Made by a program: the position numbers and the translations under genes
DNA from: an uncultured virus (IMG/VR IMGVR_UViG_3300047458_000106)
Lineage: Duplodnaviria; Heunggongvirae; Uroviricota; Caudoviricetes
Virus record (IMG/VR): IMGVR_UViG_3300047458_000106
DNA: 20,000 nucleotides
Strand: one strand, 5' to 3'
Shown: in pieces, positions 16,069 to 20,000 of the stretch
Position numbering within the stretch: position 1 is the stretch's first letter
Layout of the letters: every line of letters starts with the position of its first letter
The notes under the pieces: model-generated
What the model saw: the letters and a program-made list of their open reading frames with translations, nothing else
Databases searched by the model: none
Told to the model about the DNA's origin: nothing

Positions 16069-16386
16069 ATGATTAATGCAATAAGTAAAAAAGAGTATAC
16101 AGGTTCTAACTTTGATACTCTTATGTTAAATGGTGCTGATGAAGGTCAAGAGTTTGCGACTTTTAAACAGTTAATTAAATATTTAAAGTGTTCTGGTAAA
16201 GACTTAAAAGGTCTTAAGAAGTTTGCAACTTTATTCTTTATGAAAGAAGTTGAAAATGAGAAGGGCGAGACTGAAAAAGTCAGAAGGTTCTTTTCTGTCT
16301 TTTCAGTAGAAGAAGCAAAGAAACAGATTGTTTTGAATGCACTTGATAATGCTGATTACTTAGAATCAGTTAAAGAGGTTGCATAA
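16069..16386 (+). CDS. ArdC N-terminal-like (ssDNA-binding, DUF1738-type) single-domain protein
   Basis: NAISKKEYTGSN..L, FATFKQ, LKG.K, LFF and RFFSVF follow the ArdC-N pattern (N..tg..Y.G.N, w.TfkQ, vkKGek, y.VFn). GAGGT RBS. Confidence 0.65.
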   Translation: MINAISKKEYTGSNFDTLMLNGADEGQEFATFKQLIKYLKCSGKDLKGLKKFATLFFMKEVENEKGETEKVRRFFSVFSVEEAKKQIVLNALDNADYLESVKEVA

Positions 16387-16562
16387 TGGCAATGCAACAA
16401 GCAGATAAAAATTTCTTAGATGACGTGTACGATACTTTAATGAAAAATACACAGTACAAAGTTAGAGATTTTACAAAATACAAAGATGTTTATGTAGATA
16501 GAGAAAAAGGTTACATAAAAATTGGCAAAAGAAAATTAATTTTAGTTGACGAGGTTGCCTAA
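16386..16562 (+). CDS. 58-aa hypothetical early protein
   Basis: MAMQQADKNFLDDVYDTLMKNTQYKVRDF...LILVDEVA*; TAATG coupling and GAGGT RBS. Not in the ORF track. Confidence 0.7.
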   Translation: MAMQQADKNFLDDVYDTLMKNTQYKVRDFTKYKDVYVDREKGYIKIGKRKLILVDEVA

Positions 16563-16732
16563 TGCGAGGCACCGGAGGTTATAAAAGAGGTACTCTTCTA
16601 GAAGAGTACTTCTTAAACCCACACTTTAAACCCACCGAAAAAGAACAAAAAGAATTAGACGAGTTCTTTAAAACACTTGACAATTCTTGCAAAACCAAGT
16701 ATAATAATAACTTAACTAATAGAGAGGTATAA
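16562..16732 (+). CDS. 56-aa hypothetical ORF spanning a palindrome and a promoter
   Basis: MRGTGGYKRGTLLEEYFLNPHFKPTEKEQKELDEFF...REV*; TAATG coupling and GAGGT RBS; the stop abuts the next ATG. Confidence 0.5.
   Translation: MRGTGGYKRGTLLEEYFLNPHFKPTEKEQKELDEFFKTLDNSCKTKYNNNLTNREV
16590..16609. repeat. Perfect 20-bp palindrome GTACTCTTCTAGAAGAGTAC
   Basis: Self-reverse-complementary; extends to 16585-16614 with one G:T pair. Followed by the direct repeat TTAAACCCAC at 16613-16622 and 16626-16635. Confidence 0.9.
16677..16705 (+). promoter_or_regulatory. Sigma70-type early promoter TTGACA-N17-TATAAT
   Basis: TTGACA 16677-16682 and TATAAT 16700-16705; leader resembles that of the 16011 promoter. 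Confidence 0.88.
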
Positions 16733-17047
16733 ATGACAGAGTTAAAAAATTACGTAGAACTAGAGCATATAGCGACTGGTTATCCTGTAACGATTGCACT
16801 TAACAGTAAAGAGTGTCAATTATTATCGCATTATTATAATGTTCGTGAAGGTGAAGTTATATCTTATGAAGACTTCAAAAGTTACGAATCTGAGGCATAT
16901 GAGTCTTTAGAAAAAAGAATGCAATTAAATGGTGACCTTCAAGAAGATGAAGGTTTATTTGAAAACTATTTCATTGAGAAACTCAAGTTTCAAGATGAAT
17001 ATGGTAAAACAATTATTTCTGATTCAAATTATACTATTGCATCATGA
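16733..17047 (+). CDS. Acidic hypothetical early protein
   Basis: 104 aa ORF with GAGGT RBS directly after the promoter; E/D/Y-rich. Confidence 0.7.
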   Translation: MTELKNYVELEHIATGYPVTIALNSKECQLLSHYYNVREGEVISYEDFKSYESEAYESLEKRMQLNGDLQEDEGLFENYFIEKLKFQDEYGKTIISDSNYTIAS

Positions 17048-17331
17048 GTAATATTAGAAGCGAACCATATTGGTCTGGTAATCACTCAGAAGAATACTTA
17101 TCTGAGTTAGATGTATTTGCACGTAAACTGTATGCAGAGAATTGTTACGAAAGAAAAGCACATGGTGAAAAACCATATGAATCTTTTGTAGACTATGTTG
17201 AACAACAGGCAGATTTTATTCAAACTAAGTTTGATGAAGAATGTTTTGATAGTGATGGTCAATATATTAATGACATGCCTGGTGTTACAGAAACAAAAAA
17301 AAGCATTCTTTTAGATGCTTTTAAAAGTTAA
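17044..17331 (+). CDS. Acidic hypothetical early protein
   Basis: 95 aa ORF with ATGA overlap. Confidence 0.65.
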   Translation: MSNIRSEPYWSGNHSEEYLSELDVFARKLYAENCYERKAHGEKPYESFVDYVEQQADFIQTKFDEECFDSDGQYINDMPGVTETKKSILLDAFKS

Positions 17332-17352
17332 CTAAATAGTTTAACTTTGGTG

Positions 17353-17381
17353 AAATTACTCCCGTAAAGGGAGTGATTTTT
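17353..17381 (+). terminator. Probable intrinsic terminator
   Basis: AAATTACTCCC-GTAAA-GGGAGTGATTTTT stem-loop with T-run, closing the early island. Confidence 0.7.
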
Positions 17382-17388
17382 ATATATA
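17381..17388 (+). promoter_or_regulatory. Possible late promoter (TATATATA)
   Basis: 7/8 match immediately after the terminator and upstream of the AGGA RBS for ORF 17407. Confidence 0.4.
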
Positions 17389-17406
17389 ACTTTATAGGAA
17401 ATAATT

Positions 17407-17841
17407 ATGGAATTAGAACTATACGAAATTCTAGAACGTTTTGAAAACATTAAAAGCAAGAACGAAAGAGTAAAATTCTTACAAGACAACTCTATACCAG
17501 CATTAAAAGATGTTGTTCGAGGTTGTTACGATAGTACTCTAGAGTTTATGTTACCTGCAGGCAAACCACCATATACACCAAATCGACCAGAAAGTGTGCC
17601 ATCTTCATTGAGAAGATTGCATAGACAATTCGGTGATTTTGTACGTGGTAGAAGAACTCAAGGTGTACCTCAATTCAAGATAGAACGAAAATTTGTACAG
17701 TTGCTAGAATCTATTCATGCGGAAGATGCAGAGATTGTTGTTAAAATGATAAACAAAGAACAACCTGCAAAGTATCTTACTGAAGGTCTTGCCAGAGAGG
17801 CATTCCCTGGTCTGATTAAAGGTTCTGGATTTGACGAATAA
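17407..17841 (+). CDS. Conserved T4-like phage hypothetical protein (DUF6433-like)
   Basis: YEIL...SKNERVKFLQ..ALKDVV...FMLPAGKPPYTPN...FVQLLESIHAEDAE pattern recalled from marine T4-like phages. Confidence 0.7.
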   Translation: MELELYEILERFENIKSKNERVKFLQDNSIPALKDVVRGCYDSTLEFMLPAGKPPYTPNRPESVPSSLRRLHRQFGDFVRGRRTQGVPQFKIERKFVQLLESIHAEDAEIVVKMINKEQPAKYLTEGLAREAFPGLIKGSGFDE

Positions 17842-17902
17842 GTAGGGAACTTTTAAAGAACTTGACTCCCAGTTTCGTTATGATACTTAAGGAGGGCAAT
17901 GT

Positions 17903-18067
17903 ATGACATTGGCACAAGTAGAACGTTTAAGGAAAGATGAAAGAGAACTAGATAATAGAATTTATCGATTAAAGAAACAAGGTAAAGATAATTTAGTTCG
18001 AAAACTCACCATAAAACGTGGATTCCTTAAGCAATCTATATGTGATTCTTATAACGAAACACAATAG
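17903..18067 (+). CDS. 54-aa basic helical hypothetical protein
   Basis: MTLAQVERLRKDERELDNRIYRLKKQGKDNLVRKL...* with a strong AAGGAGG RBS. Not in the ORF track. Confidence 0.7.
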   Translation: MTLAQVERLRKDERELDNRIYRLKKQGKDNLVRKLTIKRGFLKQSICDSYNETQ

Positions 18068-18082
18068 GGGGTGGTCTTATCT

Positions 18083-18107
18083 CGTAGGGGGGTGTTTCCC
18101 CCTTACG
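18083..18107 (+). terminator. GC-rich stem-loop (terminator or RNA-processing element)
   Basis: CGTAGGGGGG-TGTTT-CCCCCTTACG, a 10-bp stem with one G:U pair; only a weak U-tract follows. Confidence 0.55.
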
Positions 18108-18112
18108 TTAAT

Positions 18113-18120
18113 TATAAATA
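18113..18120 (+). promoter_or_regulatory. T4-type late promoter TATAAATA
   Basis: Exact consensus, intergenic, 7 nt before ATG 18128. Confidence 0.8.
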
Positions 18121-18127
18121 ATATATT

Positions 18128-18397
18128 ATGCCGACATATGAATTTTACAATACCGAAACAAAAGAGATAGAAGAACATCTAATGTCTTATAAAGACTTAG
18201 ATAAATTCGCAGAAGACAACCCACATCTAGAAAAAAGAATATCTGCGGCCGCAACAATATCTCAAGCAGGGTCAACACTCAACAAGACAAGTGGTGATTG
18301 GAAAAATTTACTAACTAAAATCAAAAAAGAAGCAGGTGGAAATAATGAAGTCGCAGTCAAACATGGACTCTCAAAACCCAATACAGTACACGATTGA
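18128..18397 (+). CDS. Conserved T4-like phage protein, FmdB-like N-terminus without cysteines
   Basis: MPTYEFYNTETKEIEEHLMSYKDLDKFAEDNPHL...GDWKNLLTKIKK; recalled as a family usually upstream of phoH. Confidence 0.65.
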   Translation: MPTYEFYNTETKEIEEHLMSYKDLDKFAEDNPHLEKRISAAATISQAGSTLNKTSGDWKNLLTKIKKEAGGNNEVAVKHGLSKPNTVHD

Positions 18398-18710
18398 TGA
18401 TATTGGTGGTGAAGTTGTCAAAGACAACGAAACCTATTTACTCAAAGACAATAAGACTCTTAACAATCTTGTTTTGAGTTCAACATTATTAAATCCTTTT
18501 AAACAAACTACAGGTCACAATCATTCAGGTCAAGAAGAAGTTTATTTTTTTGTAAGTGGTACAGGTTTTATGACAGTTGATGAAGAAGAGATTGATGTAA
18601 AACCCGGCACAGTAGTACTGATTCCTGATGGTGCTTTTCATCGAGTCTATAACGATACTGCAGAACCTTTATATTTTGTTTGTGTATTTGACGGTAAAAG
18701 AAATCATTAA
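18345..18710 (+). CDS. Cupin domain protein (start uncertain: ATG 18345 or 18363)
   Basis: Cupin motif 1 GHNHSGQEEVYFFVSGTG and motif 2 GTVVLIPDGAFHRVYN. Confidence 0.85.
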   Translation: MKSQSNMDSQNPIQYTIDDIGGEVVKDNETYLLKDNKTLNNLVLSSTLLNPFKQTTGHNHSGQEEVYFFVSGTGFMTVDEEEIDVKPGTVVLIPDGAFHRVYNDTAEPLYFVCVFDGKRNH

Positions 18711-18943
18711 TGCATATCTACCCTTACATGGATTTTGAAACACTAAAAAGACATTTGCTAAAAGGTAATGTTATTATTACTTTCGAAAGTATGACCAGTG
18801 ATAAAGTGTTTACTAAAACATGTACACTAAAAGATATAAAAATAAATCAAAAAGAAGGAAAGAAAATACTAGTTTGGTTAGTAGATGATGAAAAATTTGA
18901 AGACATTGAGTTGTCTAGTATAAATGAAATTAAAACCAATTAA
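18710..18943 (+). CDS. Small hypothetical protein, possible SH3-barrel/WYL-like fold
   Basis: LKRHLLKGNVIITFES...TCTL...LVWLVDDEKFEDIELSSI resembles phage DUF2693/WYL_2-like proteins. TAATG coupling. Confidence 0.5.
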   Translation: MHIYPYMDFETLKRHLLKGNVIITFESMTSDKVFTKTCTLKDIKINQKEGKKILVWLVDDEKFEDIELSSINEIKTN

Positions 18944-19580
18944 TATAAAACCAATTACTGAACATCAACAAGAAACTTTTTCTGCATGGAAAAGTGGAGA
19001 TAATTTAGTTTTAAATGGAAGTGCTGGTACAGGTAAAACTTTTATGTCTTTATATCTTGGACTAAATGAAGTTTTCGGTAGAACAGATTATAAAAAACTT
19101 GTTATCATAAGAAGTGTTGTACCAACAAGAGATTTAGGTTTCTTACCAGGGACAGTAGAAGAAAAGTTATCTGCATTTGAAACACCATACCAACAGATGT
19201 GTACAGAGTTATTTAATGATAAGAACTCGTATGAGACACTTAAAACTAAACACCAGATAGAGTTTCTATCAACATCTTATATTCGTGGTACCACATTTAA
19301 CAATTCTATTCTTATAATTGATGAATGTCAAAACTTGACATTTCATGAACTAGATAGTATAATTACCCGAGTTGGCAATAATTGTCGAATTATCTTTTGT
19401 GGTGATTACTATCAAAGTGATTTTAAACAGTTAAAAGATAAAGCAGGCATTATTGAATTTATTAACATAATTGAACATCTAAATAGATTTTCAGTTATAG
19501 AGTTTGATTGGAAAGATATAGTTCGTTCTGATTTTGTACGAGATTATATAATGACAAAAGAAATGTTGGAGAAAAAATGA
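18924..19580 (+). CDS. phoH: PhoH-family ATPase
   Basis: Walker A GSAGTGKT, IIRSVV, LGFLPG, YIRGTTF, DECQN, GDYYQSD and DIVRS. Confidence 0.95.
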   Translation: MKLKPINIKPITEHQQETFSAWKSGDNLVLNGSAGTGKTFMSLYLGLNEVFGRTDYKKLVIIRSVVPTRDLGFLPGTVEEKLSAFETPYQQMCTELFNDKNSYETLKTKHQIEFLSTSYIRGTTFNNSILIIDECQNLTFHELDSIITRVGNNCRIIFCGDYYQSDFKQLKDKAGIIEFINIIEHLNRFSVIEFDWKDIVRSDFVRDYIMTKEMLEKK

Positions 19581-19864
19581 AAATAGTAATGAAATTGATT
19601 GAATGGGTATTGACTTGTTGGCGTGGTGTTATGGACAATCGATACAATCCACTAAGTTATATTAAAGACCCAAGTATTCAAAGTTATTTTACATTAGCAT
19701 TGTTTGTAATGTGGTCTTGTTATTTTGGTATAGTTGCAATTGTTTGGTTAGACTGGCAAAATTATGATATTGTCACTTCAATCATAATACATATTGCAGT
19801 TCTTGTGCCAATCATGATAACAAACTATGTATTTAAAGAGGCGAAAGACGGAAACATAAAATGA
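19577..19864 (+). CDS. Small two-TM membrane protein
   Basis: MDNRYNPLSYI followed by two hydrophobic helices; ATGA overlap and GGAG RBS. Confidence 0.65.
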   Translation: MKIVMKLIEWVLTCWRGVMDNRYNPLSYIKDPSIQSYFTLALFVMWSCYFGIVAIVWLDWQNYDIVTSIIIHIAVLVPIMITNYVFKEAKDGNIK

Positions 19865-20000
19865 CAGAATTTACCACGGGTATTCAAGGTGCATTTAATA
19901 GTCTTCTTAAGAAGTCTAGTTTAACATTGGCATTAATTTATACTGTAGGTCATGTAATTATTGCAATGACAGTCGTATCTGTCATGACGGGTGCTAGTTT
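19861..20000 (+). CDS. Membrane protein, DUF2061-like; 3'-truncated by the window edge
   Basis: MTEFTTGIQGAFNSLLKKSSLTLALIYTVGHVIIAMTVVSVMTGAS...; open to the window end. Confidence 0.55.
   Translation, partial: MTEFTTGIQGAFNSLLKKSSLTLALIYTVGHVIIAMTVVSVMTGAS

Noticed and set aside
17862..17890. Possible sigma70 promoter starting TTGACT
   Set aside because: No acceptable -10 hexamer at 16-18 nt spacing.
1..20000. tRNA, CRISPR array or alternative genetic code
   Set aside because: Intergenic gaps are short and show no cloverleaf or repeat-spacer pattern. Standard-code ORFs tile the window densely and use TAA, TAG and TGA as stops.

Overview
AT-rich fragment of a large T4-like (myovirus) bacteriophage genome, probably marine or aquatic. 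All credible genes lie on the + strand. Family names come from motif recognition and memory, not from database searches. (1) 1-10005 is a late-gene block driven by T4 gp55-type TATAAATA boxes. It holds a 5'-truncated cytidyltransferase-like gene, several K/E-rich modular proteins whose N-termini resemble T4 internal-protein capsid-targeting sequences, conserved T4-like hypotheticals and a 3TM holin. (2) 10009-16024 follows a perfect sigma70 promoter and encodes class Ia ribonucleotide reductase. NrdA has a glutaredoxin domain embedded in its C-terminal tail, and nrdB is followed by a zinc-ribbon microprotein, a GIY-YIG nuclease and a tandem pair of divergent, truncated adenylate-forming (ANL-fold) paralogs. 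(3) 16011-17381 is an early-gene island with two related sigma70 promoter cassettes, an ArdC-N-like gene, small ORFs, a 20-bp palindrome and a terminator. (4) 17407-20000 has conserved T4-like hypotheticals, a cupin, phoH and small membrane proteins. The most interesting candidates are a putative protease-processed capsid-cargo polyprotein system, the ANL paralog pair, the NrdA-Grx fusion, apparent leaderless late mRNAs and the ArdC-like early gene. No CRISPR array, tRNA, rRNA, intron or intein was recognised.
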